Shown here: piece by piece, positions 43,156 to 58,510 of the stretch | How positions within the stretch are numbered: position 1 is the stretch's first letter | Layout of the letters: the number at the start of each line of letters is the position of its first letter | Assembly (NCBI RefSeq): GCF_009914755.1 | Contig: NC_060930.1 | DNA: 64,000 bases | Source of the DNA: the human T2T-CHM13v2.0 reference genome, Homo sapiens | Strand: one strand, 5' to 3' | Made by a program: the position numbers and the translations under genes | Notes under the pieces: model-generated | Seen by the model: only the letters and a program-made list of their open reading frames with translations | The model's database searches: none | Told to the model about the DNA's origin: nothing

Positions 43156-43579
43156 TTTCCCTTAATTTTTAATTTAAGTTCCGGGGTACATGTGTAATAT
43201 GTGCAGGTTAGCTACATAGGTAAACATGTACCATGGTGCTGTGCTGCACAGATCAACACGTCACCTGAGTATTAAGCCCAGCATTCATTAGCAATTTTTC
43301 CAGATCTTCTCCTTCCCCTGACCCAGCCCACCAACAGGCCCCAGTGTGTGTTGTTCCCTGCCGTGTGTCCATGTGTTCTCATCAATCAGTTCCCACTTAT
43401 AAATAAGAACATGCGGTGTTTGGTTTTCTGTTCCTGTGTTAGTTTGCTGAGGATAACGGCTTCCAGCTCCATCCATGTCCTTGCAAAGGACATGATCTCA
43501 TTCCTTTTATGGCTGCACAATATTCCATTGCGTATATGTACCACATTTTCTTTATCCAGTCTATCATCTATGGGCATTT
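43156..43579 (-). mobile_element. Short L1PA 3' fragment (older PA8-PA13 type)
   Basis: L1 3' UTR plus ORF2 end (WMELEAVILSKL); 12-bp TSD ATGAATGATTTT (43144-43155, 43580-43591). Confidence 0.9.
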
Positions 43580-44673
43580 ATGAATGATTTTAAGTCAGTA
43601 GAATGTAATTATTTCTTATAATAGACATTTTAAGATCATTGATTCCGTGAAGCACTGGTGCCACATTTTACCTACTAGGTGCAAATGATGTTTGAGTTAG
43701 GCAAATGACATTGTGAGAGGAGATAAGCAATCTTGTTCTTCAGGCAATTGTCATATAACTAAAGTAAATCATTACACAGTGCATAGGAAATTTTATGAAC
43801 CAATCTGATTTTTTTAAAAAAGGAAAGAAATGGAAAAATAATCTTGATTAATAATTCTTAAATATATTAAACTGAATATTTTAACTACCCTGCGCTTTTG
43901 AAAACAAGAAAGAAAAAATAATCACTAAATTTCTACTATGATGGGAGAGAAGGCATAGAAGGTTTTCGGAATGAATATAAATTTGAATATAAATTTGGGA
44001 ATGAATATAAATTTCCAACAAAAGCCATATTTTAAATATCTTCCTCAGTATGCTGTGTGACACACCTATTATAGCCTGCAAAGAGTAGACTGTCTTAGAA
44101 AGCCAAGTTTGTGTCTGAGTAGTACTCAGTCCTCAAGAGTGATGAGAAGGCTGTCAGAAAGAGTTAAAAAAAACCTTTCAGCCTAATAAATAGAATGTGA
44201 TTTTGAGAGAATAAGCTCAAAAATCTATGACATCTTCATGAGTAAATTGTATAGAATAACAGTGACAGCACATATGTAAGGAGGATAATAATGATGCAGT
44301 CCACAATCAAAGTTTATCTATTTATAGCTTCTTGAGTCTTTTGCTTTTGAAACCTTTTGTCTTATCTCCTCCTTCCTTTTCCTTTTCTTTTTTTTATCAT
44401 TATGCTTTAAGTTCTAGGGTACATGTGCACAATGTGCAGGTTTGTTACATAGCTATACATGTGCCATGGGTTAAGTTGTGAAAATGTCTAGCATTAGATA
44501 TTGCAGTAACAACTAGGCGATCAGCTATTTGATTCCCTGCAGTCAAGGTCCTGGAAGAGATGTATGAGCCCTAATATGAGTAATGTAAAAAGGGTGCATT
44601 CTACTCCTAACTGCTGTTTGCAATTGGGTAAATAAATAAATAAAGTCATCAGTTATTCATCTGTATGAAATCA

Positions 44674-46018
44674 TTACTGAGCATTTTCAACTAACTGTGT
44701 AGAATGAACCACATATGAAGAATCAGAAATCACATTAATAGGCATATTAAAAGCAGTCAATATATCAATTACAGCTACAAGCTCCACTTTTTGAGCTGAA
44801 GTATAGGGCATCTGAAAAACTTTACCTATCGAGCCAGAATAAGAAGGTTTACCATTACTAGACCCATCGGTACAAACATTCTCAGCACCTTCAATTGGTT
44901 TAAATTTAGTTATTTTAGGGAGAATCCAATTAGTTAATTTCAAAAATTGAAACAGTTTTGTTTTAGGAAAATGATTATCGAGAATATCCACAAAGTCAGC
45001 TAAATCAGTTTGCCAAGTAAGACTATTTATAAAAGCTTGCTGTATTTGTGCCTTCATGAAAGGGACAATAATTTTTCCTGGATCATATCCATGCAATTTA
45101 ACAATCCGTGTCCTCCCATTTCCTATCATAGTAGCAATTTGATCCAAATAAGGAGTTAGAGCCCATGAATAAGTATGTGGAAGAGAAAGCCACTCTACAA
45201 GATCTTGCTCTTGAACAATAACACCAGTAGGTGAATGATGAGTTGAAAAAATTAGCAAATCTCAAGTCTTCTCTGGATCTATTCTACTTATTTTAGCTTT
45301 ATGGGCTTGCTTTTTGACAGCTGCAGCTCTGCCTCAGCTTCTTTTGTTAATTGCTGAGGGCTAGTGAGACTAGGATCTCTGTAAGGATAGAAAATAGATT
45401 ACTCATGGCATAGGTAGGAATTCCTAGAGTAGGTCATATCCAATTAATGTCCCCTAGTAATTTTTGAAAGTCATTTAATGTCTTCAATTGACCCCTACAT
45501 ATGGCTACTTTCTGTGGCACAATGGTAGTGTCATTTACTAAGGTCCCCAAGTAGGAGTAAGGAGTAGTAGTTTGAATTTTGTCAGGAGCTATAATTAAAC
45601 CAATGTGAGAAATCAAATTTTATAAGTGATCATAACATTGGAGTAATATTTCTCAAGTGGGGGCAGCACAAAGTATATCATCCATATAATGAATAATGTA
45701 GCACTGTGAAAATTTTTTAAGAGTAGGTTCAATTGTTTGCCCTACATAAGTCTGGCAAATTGTTGGACTATTTAATATGCCTTGTGGCAACACTTTCCAG
45801 TGAAAATGCTTAGCAGGCTGCAGGTTGTTTACTGCAGTAATTGTAAATGCATACCATCCATAGTCTTGCTCAGCTAAAGGGATAGGAAAGAAACATTCTT
45901 TTAAATCTATGACTATTAAAGGCCATTTTTTTGGAATCATAGCAGGAGAAGGCAGTCCTGGCTGCAATGTCCCCATAGGTTGTATAACTGAATTAATGAC
46001 TCTAAGATCTGTCAACAT
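44674..46018 (-). pseudogene. pol: HML-3 pol (RT and RNase H) fragments
   Basis: [25 protein letters not shown]; RNase H TDGSS, SAQKVEL, SDS; broken by stops and frameshifts. Confidence 0.93.
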
Positions 46019-46449
46019 TCTCCATTTACCTGATTTTTTCTTAATAACAAAGACTGGAGAATTCCAGGGGGAAAATGTTGGGGTTATGTGTCTTTTTTCT
46101 AGTTGTTCGGTAACTAAGTCCTCTAAAGCCTCCAGTTTCTCTTTACTCAGTGGCCATTGTTCTATCCAAATTGGCTTATTCTTTTAACCATTGTAAAGCT
46201 ATAGGTTCTGGAGGCTTAACAACGGCCACAATCAAAAATGATATCCTAAACCTTGGCGGGAACTTTGTCTTTCCACTTGAAGTGGTTCCTTCAAATCTTG
46301 CAAATTTTTTCCTAGTCCCATACCAGGGACAGACCCCATTTCGTGCATCATATGTTGACTTTGAGGGTTATTTAATTGCTCTGGAATTAGAACTTGTGCT
46401 TTCCACTGTTATAATAAATATCTTCCCCATAAATTTATAGGCACAGAAG

Positions 46450-47130
46450 TTATAATTGGTTGAATAGTCCCAGGTTGTCACAATGCAAAATATAACTACT
46501 TTGATATACTTCAGGGGCTTTACCAACTCCAACTATGTTAAATTGAGTATGTTGAATAGGCCATGTGGACAGCCAGTGCTGTAGAGAAATGATTGAAATG
46601 TCCACTCCTGTATCTACCAAATCTTTAAATTTCTTTCCCTGAATAGTTATTTCACAGGTAGGACATTTATCAGTAATTTGATTCACCCAGTAAGCTGCTT
46701 TGCCTTGCTTATTTGTGCTTTCAAATTCACCTGTTCGTTTAATTTCACTTTTCCACATTTCCATGAATGGCACAATGAGGAGCTGTGCTATACGCTCTCC
46801 TGGCTCTGCTTTCCAGGGAACATAAGTATATATAACAATTTGAATGTCCCTATTATAATCTGAATCAATGACTCCTGTTTGTACTTGTACTCCTTTCAAA
46901 TTTAAACTAGACCTACCTAGAAGTAATCCTATCATGCTTGCTGGCAATATCTGACTGGAGACAGCAACATTCTTTAACAGTCCCATTAAAAAAGGAGAAA
47001 TTGGTCCATATTGATTAATAGCTTGCTTAAATTCTTTGAGTAATTTAAAAGGAAAAGGCTCATATGTAGCTATAATATTTCTCTGTTGATCTGGGGGGTG
47101 TATCCTAACAGGGAACTCCCAAGAATCCAT
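46450..47130 (-). pseudogene. Fused capsid N-terminus::dUTPase-protease ORF (226 aa)
   Basis: FPV..YEPFPFKLLKEFKQAINQYGP (CA) joined in frame to LLGRSS, GVIDSDY, GERIAQL (dUTPase) and LVDTG (protease). Confidence 0.85.
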
Positions 47131-47595
47131 ATCACCCTCTCATCTAGCTTGCTGGATTCCTGCCTTAATAGAACTGAGAGCAGTAGCTCAATGCGCTGCT
47201 TGAACAGTCACTGGGGCAACTACTTTTTGCCCAGTGTTCTCTGGAAAAGAAAGATCTGGAGAGTCAGGCCACTCTTTTTCTTCAAAATAATGAGGGGGTG
47301 CAGAAGGGTAGGGATGAACCTCTTCCTCCTTTGCTGCTTTAGCTTTAGCTGGCCAACAAACCTGCTCTGCCACCTCTTCTGTTACTGTGTTATACTTTCC
47401 TTCTTACTCATCATCGGTGTGAAAAGGTTCCAAGGTGGAATGAACCAGAGCCCACACTTGTCCCATTGTTACCCTGATTCTTCCAAGCTCCCCTTCTTAC
47501 TCACCATGGGGATTGCTTAAGAGTACTCGGGTGTCCTCCAGCTTAGTTCCATGTTCTCTAACCATCGCTCCAGTGACCCTTTAACCTGGGTTTGA

Positions 47596-47613
47596 GCCCC
47601 ACATTCAGTGCCA
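47596..47613 (-). other. Degenerate tRNA-Lys primer binding site
   Basis: Minus strand TGGCACTGAATGTGGGGC versus TGGCGCCCAACGTGGGGC, directly after the LTR. Confidence 0.8.
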
Positions 47614-47615
47614 CT

Positions 47616-48459
<844 letters not shown>

Positions 48460-48626
48460 TTATTCTCTATTTTCTTCTTTATTAGTCTTGCTAGCTGTCT
48501 ATTTTGTTCATCATTCCAAAAAAATCACCTCCTGGACTCTTTAATTTTTTGAAAGGTTTTTCATGTCTCTATCTCCTTCAGTTCTGCTCTAATCTTAGTT
48601 ATTTCTTGTCTTCTGCTAGCTTTTGA

Positions 48627-48947
<321 letters not shown>

Positions 48948-51900
48948 CTCTAGTTCTTTCAGTTGTGTTGTTAGGGTGTCGATTTTAGATCTTTCCTGCT
49001 TTCTCTTGTGGGCATTTAGTGCTATAAATTTCCCTCTACATACTGCTTTAAATGTGTCCTGGAGATTCTGGTATATTGTGTCTCTGTTCTCCTTGTTTCA
49101 AAGAACACCTTTATTTCTGCCTTCATTTCATCATGTACCCAGTAGTCATTGAGGAGCAGGTTGTTCAGTTTCCCTGTAGTTTTGTGGTTTTGAGTAAGTT
49201 TCTTAATATTCAGTTCTAATTTGATTGCACCGTGGTCTGAGAGACAGTTTGATTTGATTTCTATTCTTTTACACTTGCTGAGGAGTGTTTTACTTCCAGT
49301 AATGTGGTCAATTTTAGAATAAGTGTGACGTGATGCTGAGAAGAATGTATATTCTGTTGATTTGGGGTGGAGAGTTCTGTAAATGTCTATTAGGTCCACT
49401 TGGTCCAGAGCTGAGTTCAAGTCCTGAATATCCTTGTTAATTTTCTGTCTCATTGATCTGTCTAATATTGACTGTGGGTTGTTAAAGCTTCCCATTATTA
49501 TTGTGTGGGAGTCTAAGTCTCTTTGTAGGTCTCTAAGAACTTGCTGTATAAATCTGGGTGCTCCTGTATTGGATGCATATATATTTAGGATAGTTAGCTC
49601 TTCTTGTTGAATTGATCCCTTTACCATTATGTAATGGCCTTCTTTGTCTCTTTTGATCTTTGTTGGTTTAAAGTCTGTTTTATTAGAGACCAGGATTGCA
49701 ACCCCTGCCTTTTTTTGCTTTCCATTTGCTTGGTAGTTCTTTCTCCATCCCTTTATTTTGAGACTATGTGTGTCTTTGCACATGAGATGGGTCTCCTGTA
49801 TACAGCACCCTGATGGGTCTTGACTCTTTATCCAATTTGCCTGTGTCATTTAATTAGGGCATTTAGCCCATTTACATTTAAGGTTAATATTGTTATGTGT
49901 GAATTTGATCCTGTCATTTGTGATGCTAGCTAGTTATTTTGCCCATTAATTGATGCAGTTTCTTCATAGTGTCAATGGTCTCCACAATTTGGTATGTTTT
50001 TGCAATGGCTGGTACCAGTTATTCCTTTCCATGTTTAGTGCTTTGTTCAGGAGCTCTTGTAAGGCAGGCCTGGTGGTGACTAAATCTCTCAGCATTTGCT
50101 TGCCTGTAAAGGATTTTATTTCTCCTTCACTTATGAAGCTTAGTTTGGCTGGATATGAAATTCTCGGCTGAAAATTCTTTTCTTTAATAATGTGGAATAT
50201 TGGCCCCCACTCTCTTCTGACTTGTAGGGTTTCTGCAGAGAGATCTGCTGTTACTCTGATGGGCTTCTTTTTGTGGGTAACCGGACTTTTCTGTCTGCCC
50301 TTAACATATTTTCCTTCATTTCAACCTTGGTGAATCTGACAGTTATGTGTCTTGGAGTTGCTCTTCTTGAGGAGTATCTTTGTGGTGTTCTTTGTATTTC
50401 CTGAATTTGAATTTTGGCCTGTCTTGCTAGGTTGGGGAAGTTCTCCTGGATAATATCCTGAAGAGTTTTTTCTAACTTGGTTCCATTCTCCCCGTCACTT
50501 TCAGGTACACCAATCAAAATGTAGATTTGGTCTTTTCACATAGTCCCATATTTCTTGGAAGCTTTGTTCATTTATTTTCACCCTTTTTTCTCTAATCTTG
50601 TCTTCTCACTTTATTTTATTAATTTGATCTTCAATCACTGATATCCTTTCTTCTGCTTGATCGAATCAGCTATTGAAGCTTGTGTATGCTTCATGAAGTT
50701 TTCGAACTGTGGTTTTCAGCTCTATCAAGTGTTTTAAGCTCATCTCTACACTGGTTATTCTAGTTATCCATTCATCTAACCTTTTTTCAAGGTTTTTAGC
50801 TTCCTTGTGATGGGTTAGAACATGCTCCTTTAGCTCAGAGAAGTTTGTTATTACCCAACTTCTGAAGCCTACTTCTGTCAATTCATCAAACTCATTCTCC
50901 CTCCAGTTTTGTTCAATTGCTGACGAGGGGTTGCATTCCTTTGGAGGAGAAGAAACATTCTGGTTTTTGGAATTTTCAGCCTTTCTGCTCTGGTTTCTTC
51001 CCAACTTTGTGGTTTTGTCTACCTTTGGCCTTTGATGTTGGTGGCCTATGGATGGGGTTTTGGTGTGGCTATCCTGTTTGTTGATGTTGATGATATTCCT
51101 TTCTGTTTGTTAGTTCTCCTTCTAACAGGCAGGCACCTCAGCTACAGATCTGTTGGAGTTTGCTGGAGGTCCACTCCAGACACTGTTTGTCTGGGTATCA
51201 CTAGCAGAGGCAGCAGAACAGCAAATATTGCTGCCTGATCCTTCCTCTGTAAGCTTCATCCCAGAGGGGCACCAGCCTGTATGAGGTGTCTGTTGGCCCC
51301 TACTGGGAAGTGTCTCCCAATCAGGGTACACGGGGGTCAGGGACCCACTTGAGGAGGCAGTCTGTCTGTTTTCAGAGCTTGAACACTGTGCTGGGAGAAC
51401 CACTGCTCTCTTCAGAGCTGTCAGGCAGGGATATTTAAGTCTGAAGAAGCTGTCTGCTGCCATTTGTTCAGATATGCCCTGCCCCCAGAGTTGGAATCTA
51501 GAGAGGCAGTAGGCCTTGCTGAGCTGTGGTGGGCTCCACCCAGTTCGAGCTTCCCTGCCACTTTGTTTACACTGTGAGCTTAGAACCGCCTACTCCCACC
51601 TCAGCAATGGCAGACGCCCCTCTCCCTGCCAAGCTCCAGCATCCCAGGGTGATCTCAGACTGCTGCACTAGCAGTGAGCAAGGCTCTGTTGGTGTGGGAC
51701 CTGCTGAGCCAGGCACAGGAGGGAATCTCCTGGTCTGCTGGTTGTGAAGACTGTAGGAAAAGCACAGTATTTTGGCAGAAGTGTACTGTTCCTCCAGGTA
51801 CAGTCATTCATGGCTTTCCTTGGCTAGGAAAAGTAAATCCCCCGACCCCTTGCACTTCCTGGGTGAGGAGATGCCCCACCCTACTTCAGCTCACCCTCTG

Positions 51901-52214
51901 TGGGCTGCAACCATTGTCCAACCAGTCCCAATGAGATGAACGAGTTACCTCAGTTGGAAATGCAGAAATCTCCCGTCTTCTGCATTGATCTCGCTGGGAG
52001 CTGTAGACCGGAGGTGTTCCTATTTGGCCATCTTGGAAGCGACTTCCTCCTTCCTTTTCTGAGTTTCAAAACTGTTTATATAGGTTGGGAATTTTATTTT
52101 CTAAAAGTCTGAGTAACTTATTTGTAAAACATTTCAAACCTGGAGGCTTTGGGGTAGATACTTCTCTTTCTCCTATTTTTCCAAAGTTACTAATCCATGC
52201 CAGTTGCAACAACT

Positions 52215-52530
52215 AGTTCTTCTCCTCCTCGTCCTCCTCCTCCTCCTCCTCCTCCTTCTTCTTCTGAGATGTATTCTCACTCTGTCACTCAGGCTGGAGT
52301 CTCAGCTCACTTCAACCTCTGCTCCTGGGTTCAAACAATTCTGCCCCAGCCTCCAGTGTAGCTGGGACTACAGGCATGTGACACCACTCCTGGATACTTT
52401 TTTGTATTTTTACTAGAGACAGGGTTTCACCATGTTAGCCAGGATGGTCTCAATCTCCTGACCTCGTGATCTGCCTGCCTCAGCCTTCCAAAGTGCTGGG
52501 ATAGCAAGCATGACCACTGCATCAAGCTGC
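52215..52530 (-). mobile_element. Degenerate AluS with a (CTC/CTT)n tail
   Basis: Reverse Alu with an internal deletion, preceded by a CTC trinucleotide run. Confidence 0.8.
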
Positions 52531-53169
52531 AACTTCTTCACAAGCAATTTTGGCAGCGTCTACATTTGCATAAAATGGTCTATTTTATTGTGATCTTAAT
52601 ATTTTAAACAGAATTGTACATTGTGTTCTATTATAATTTTTATTCTCTTTGTACCTGTGCTGTGCATTTACTTGTTCATGATTTGAGTTTCTTAATGGTA
52701 TGACAGCATTTTTATTTAAATGTAAATAAGGGATAGGATATAAATATGGAAAGACAGAAACACAATAACAGCAGGTGTCTCGGGGTTGTTGGATTATAAC
52801 TGATTTCTTCTTTGTTAATATTTTCAATGACTTGGAATGCATTAATTTTTAATTGGGGAAAATATAATCTTTAACTTAAGCAATATATCCTGGCTACCAA
52901 ATTTTGTTTTCCAATGGTACTTGAGTTGCTTGTTGTTTTTTTCTCCCAATTAAAGGTCACAATCATGGGGAAATGGTACCATCAGTCACTGCTGTGGAAG
53001 TTTAAATTAACACAAATTTCTGGAGCCCAACTTGGCAATAAGTAAAAAAATGCAATATTTGTATATTCCTTGTCCAGAAATTGCACTTTTTGGAATTTTT
53101 TAAGTGAAATAGTGAAATCGAGGAGTAATCATAAAACGTCTACATATGGGTGTTTAGAGCTGCTGTTTT

Positions 53170-53695
53170 AATGATACCTGGGATTTGTTTTAATCAGGTA
53201 TGAAAAACATGCAGACATGAACATGCTTGCTATGAAGGAAGAAGTTTTTATTATGGTCAGAGTGCTCTAGAAACAGGAGGCATCATAAGTTATGCAGGCC
53301 ACTTGGGGAAGCACTGAGGTAGTGTGAGCTGGTGGGGGTGAGTGAGCAGTGCTGGTGGGACTCTTTATTGTGGTTTTCATGGGAAGAGTTGGGGAAGACA
53401 AGGTAAGCAGGCTGAGCAGGATTATGGTGGAATAGCTTAAATAATTTCCCTGGGCTCTAGGCTGCAGGGGCTGTTTCTAGTTGTCAGGGACCTGGTTCTA
53501 GAGTGATTAGGGCATAGGGATTAGTGACCCAAGCATGAGAGCCACAAAAGAAGGAAGTGGGGGTATGAGCTCTTAACTGGTTTGCTTGCATCTAATACAT
53601 ATGCTCACAGGCAAGTCCTTTGCTTTCTCTAGGAATTAGCTAGTCTCCAGGGTCATCAAGGTCTCAGATGTCAAAACATCAAGAATGCAGAAAGT
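53170..53695. mobile_element. Old ERVL-class solo LTR (MER54/MER74-like)
   Basis: TTAATCAGGTATGA..CATGCAGACA..ATGAAGGAAGAAGTTT..CTAGAAACAGGAGGCA resembles the recalled consensus; family uncertain. Confidence 0.45.
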
Positions 53696-53969
53696 TTTAT
53701 AAACTATAATCACCCTACTATGCTATCAAACTCCAGGACTTACTGGTTCTATCTGACTGTAGTTTCCTGCCCATTAACGATCCTCTCTTCATCCTCCTTT
53801 TCCCCCTACCCTTTCCAGCCTCTGGAAACCATCATTCTTCTATCCCCAAATATGTACAATTATTGTGTATTGAAAAAGAATACAGAAAATAAGAAAACAG
53901 CATTAATATAGCTACACTATCTAATCTGGCAGTCATTAGTCATATAACACTGTTGAGTATAATCAATCA

Positions 53970-54109
53970 TCAACTTACAATGGTTCAACTCAGTGGTTTT
54001 TTGACTTTATGGTGGTGTAAAAGTGATGCATCTTCAGTAGAAACTACTTCAAGTACGCATACAACAATTCTGTTTTTTACTTTCAGTACAGTATTCAATA
54101 AATTACATT
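53970..54109. mobile_element. MER47-like Tigger fragment
   Basis: ACTTACAATGGTTCAACT..CAGTAGAAAC..ACTTTCAGTACAGTATTCAATAAATTACAT. Confidence 0.7.
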
Positions 54110-55830
54110 AAGAAAATAAGCAAAAAAGAAAAAACCCACAGTTCAATAAAAAACACAAAATAAGATAACAGGAAATAAGTTAAAACTAGGCAGTAATTAC
54201 AAAAATGTGGAACTAAAAGATAAAAGATTTATTAAAGCCAGATAGTCTTAGATTAGGTTAAGAAAAAAAAGCCCACTAAATCCAGCTACATGCTGTTTAC
54301 AAAATACACATACATAAAACTTAATAAAAAACTTTGATAAATAAAGGATAAAAACTATTTCAGATAAATGCTAATCATAAGAAAGCCGGTTCAGAAATAT
54401 TACCAGACAAAATGGATTTCAGGGCAAAAAGCATTATTTGAGATAAAGATGGCCATTATTCAAAAGAAAGGAATAATTCACTCACAAATAATGGAAAAAC
54501 ATATGAAAGATTTTAATTACATTTACAGAATACTGTATCCAACATTTAGGGAATTAACGTTATTTTTAGGCACACAGGAAATATTTACAATAAAACTGGG
54601 TATTTAATAAGCTGTAAAGCAAGTTTCAAAATATGCCAAGAAATTGATATCATACAGATATCTGTTGATAACATTTTGTCATATCAATGTAATAAACTTA
54701 GAAATCAGTAAAAGAAAGATATCATCCTTTATATTTAGACAATCAAAGCCACTCTTCTAATATATTTGAGTCAATAGAAGTCACAATGAAAACTAGAAAA
54801 TCTTTAGAAATGAATGGCAACATAATATCTACATATCAAAATTTTAAGGTTATAGATAAAGTAGTATATTTAGAAAAGAAATCATATCCTTAAATGTACA
54901 TAGTTTAAAAGAGAAAGAATAAGAAAATGCACAAGTATACACTCAAAAAATTGAGAAAAGACAAGAGTTAATCTAAAGAATAAAATGATAAGGATAAGAA
55001 CAGAAATTAAAGAAATAGAAAATAGTCCCTAGAGAAGAAAAACTCTACTGGAAACTATTTCTGTGAAAGAAAAAAAAAAAACCCTTAATAAAAGAGAGAA
55101 AACTTTCAGGTTAGTGAAGTCACCAAAAATGACATTAGAAATAAAAAAGGCGCTTTAAGGGTATAGAACTATATACACTGATAAAAAAAAAAAAAATCAC
55201 AGGATTTTTGCCAAGAAATCTGAAAGCTTAGTAAAAACAAACAATTTCCTGGAAACATGTAACTCCTCAAAACAGATTTAAGGAGGCACAGAAAATCTAG
55301 ATAGTTCAATTATTTTTAAAAATGGAATAGATAGTAAAAAAAGGTTCCCCCGAAACAGCGGCTCAAACTATTTGATTAATTATTTCCATCCAATATTAAG
55401 GAACTACAATTCTTATATAATGTGTTCTAGAGAATAAAATAGAAGGTAAGCTCTTCATTCCTTTTATGAGGGTGGTATTAACTCGTTACAAAAATTGGTC
55501 AAGGGCCCTGCTAATAAGGAAAATTATACACAGTTATCTCTTTCCTCCTCAAGATAGAAAGAAAAATCCTAAATAAAATAATGGCACTCGAAATCAAGGA
55601 ATGGATGAATGATCTAACATAATACAATAATCTAACATAATATATCATAGTAATACATTTTGAAATAATACATCTATTAATGTAATTTACCTGATAAGCA
55701 GATTAAATAAGTAATTATATGATCATCTCAAAAGGTCTAGAAAAAACACTTATTAAAATTCAACAGCCATGCAAGATAAAACATTTAATAAAGTAGAAAA
55801 TAAAGGAATTTCCTTAGGATGATACAAGTA
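54110..55830 (+). mobile_element. Highly decayed L1M ORF2 relic
   Basis: A-rich sense-strand L1 endonuclease/RT-like remnants; appears to continue at ~58500-58950. Confidence 0.6.
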
Positions 55831-55834
55831 ATGA

Positions 55835-58510
55835 GACTGAACCCTGATTACCAAAACCAAAGACAGTTAAAAAAAAAAAAGAAAACTGTAGGCCAGTATC
55901 ACTAATGAATATTGATGCAAAAATCCTCAACAAAGTACTAGCAAAGCTAATTTAACAATATACTAAAAAGAGCATTTATTATGACCAAGAGGGATTTATC
56001 CCTGGGATGCAAGGATGGTTCTACACATGCAAATCAATCAGTGTGATACATTATATCAACAGAATGAAGGAAAAAACCACATGAGAATTATCGATGCTGA
56101 GAAAGCATTTGATAAAACTTAATATTCCTTCATGATAAAAACTTCCTCCAAAAACTGGCTTTAAAAGGAACATACCTCAACATAATAAAAGCTGTAGATG
56201 ACAAGGCCCATAGCTAGTCTCATACTGAATGGGGAAAAGCTGAAAGCCTTTTCATCAACATCTGGAACATGTCAAAGATGCCTACTTCCTCCACTGTTCT
56301 TCAACATGGTCCTAGCTAGGAAGTCCTAGCTAGAGCAATCAGACAAGAGAAATAAATAAAGGGCATTCAAGCTGGAAAGAACGTTATCAAGTTATCCTTG
56401 CTTGCAGATGATATGATCTTGTATTAAAAACCTAAAGACTCCACCAAAAAACTATTAGAACTGATCAACAAATTCAGTAAAGTTGCAGGATACAAAATCA
56501 ATATACAAAATTCAGTAGCATTTCTATTAATATATGCCAACAGTGAACAATCTGAAAAAGAAATAAAAAAGTAATCCCCTTTATAATAGCCACACATAAC
56601 ATTAAATACCTAGGAATTAACTTAAGTAAATAAGTGAAAGATTTCTCCAGTGAAAAATATAAAACACTAATGAAAGAAATTGAAGAGGACACAAAAATTG
56701 GAAAGATATTCCATGTTTGTGGGTTGGAAGAATCAATATTGTTAAAATCTCCATATGGCCAAAGCAATCTACATATTCAATGCAATTCCTATCAGAATAC
56801 CAATGACATTTTTCACAGAAATAGAAAAAACTATCCCAAAATTTATATGGAACTACACAAGACTGAGAATAGCCAAAGCTATCCTAAGCAAAAAGAAAAA
56901 ACTGAAGGAATCACATTATCTGACTTCAAATTATACTAGAGAGCTATAGTAACCAAAAAAGCATGGTTCCAGCATAAAAACAGACACACAGACCAATGGA
57001 ACAGAAGAGAGAACTCAGAAACAAATTCACTACCTACAGTGAACTCATTTTCGACAAAGGTGCCATGAACTTACTCTGGGGAAAAGACAGTGTCTCTTTA
57101 ATAAATGATGCTGGGAAAACTGGACATCCAGAAGCAAAAGAATGAAAGTAGACCCCTATCTCTTGCCATATACAAAAGTAAAATCAAAATGTATTAAAGA
57201 CTTAAATCTAAGAGCTCAAACTATGAAACTACTACAAGAAAACATTGGAGAAATCTCCAAGCCATTAGCCTAGGCAAAGATTTCTTGAGTAATACCCCAG
57301 AGGCACAGGCAGTAGAAGCAAAAACAGACAAATGAGATCACATCAAGTTAAAAATCTTCTGCACAGCAAAGGATGCAATCAACAAAGTCAGGAGACAACC
57401 CACAGAATGGGAGAAAATATTTTCAAACTACTCATTTGTCAAGGGATTAATAATCAGAATAAATAAACTCAAACAACTCTATGGGAAAAGTTCAATAATC
57501 CAATTAAAAAGTGGGCAAAGGATTTGAATAGATATTTCCCAAAAAAAGACATACAAATGGCTAAAAGACCTATGAAAAGGTGCTCAACATCATTGATCAG
57601 CAGCTAAATGGAAATCCAAACTACAATGAGTTGTCATCTCACCCCAGTTAACATGGCTTATACACAAAAGACAGGCAATAACAAATGCTGGTGAGGATGT
57701 AGAGAAAAGGAAATCCTCATACACTGTTAGTGGAAAGGTAAATTAGCACAATCACTATGGAGAACAGTTTAGAGTTTCCTCAAGACACTAAAAATAGAGT
57801 TATACAGTCCAGCAATTTCACTCCTAGGTATATACTCAAAAGAAAGAAAATCAGTGTACTGAAGAGATATACTGCACACCCATGTTTGTTGTAGCACTGT
57901 TCACAATAGCCAAGATTTTGAAGTAACCTAAGTGTCCATCAACAGACGAATGGATAGAGAAAATGTGGTACTTATACACAATGAAGTACTATTCAGCCAT
58001 AAAAAGAATGAGATTCAGTCACTTGGAACAGCATGGATGGAACTGGAGATCGTTATGTTAAGTGAAATAAGCCAGGCACAAAAAGACAAACATGGCAGGT
58101 TCTCTCTTATTTGGGGGATCTAAAAATCAAAACAATTGAACCCATGGCTATAGAGAGTAGAAGAATGATTTCCAGAAGCTAGGAAGGGTAGTTGGGGGTT
58201 AGGGGGAGGTGGGGTTGGTTAATGGGTACAAAAAATAGAATGAATGAATAAGCCCTAGTGTTTGATAGTGTAACAGGGTGACCGTAGTCAATAATAATTT
58301 AATTGTACATTTAAAAATAACTAAAATAATATAATTCAATTGTTTGTAACAGAAAGGATAAATGCTTAAGGGGATGAATATCCCATTTTCCATGATGTGA
58401 TTATTATGCATTGCATACCTGTATCAAAACATCTCATGTACTCCATAAATATATACACCTAATATGTACTCACAAAAATTAAAAATGAAAAAAAATTTTA
58501 AAAATAAAAA
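55835..58510 (+). mobile_element. 5'-truncated L1MA (MA2/MA3-like)
   Basis: ORF2 pieces ([31 protein letters not shown]) and 3' end GTATCAAAACATCTCATGTACTCCATAAATATATACACC with A tail. Confidence 0.88.

Noticed and set aside
43968-44014. Triple GAATATAAATTT micro-repeat
   Set aside because: Ordinary short slippage duplication in AT-rich DNA.
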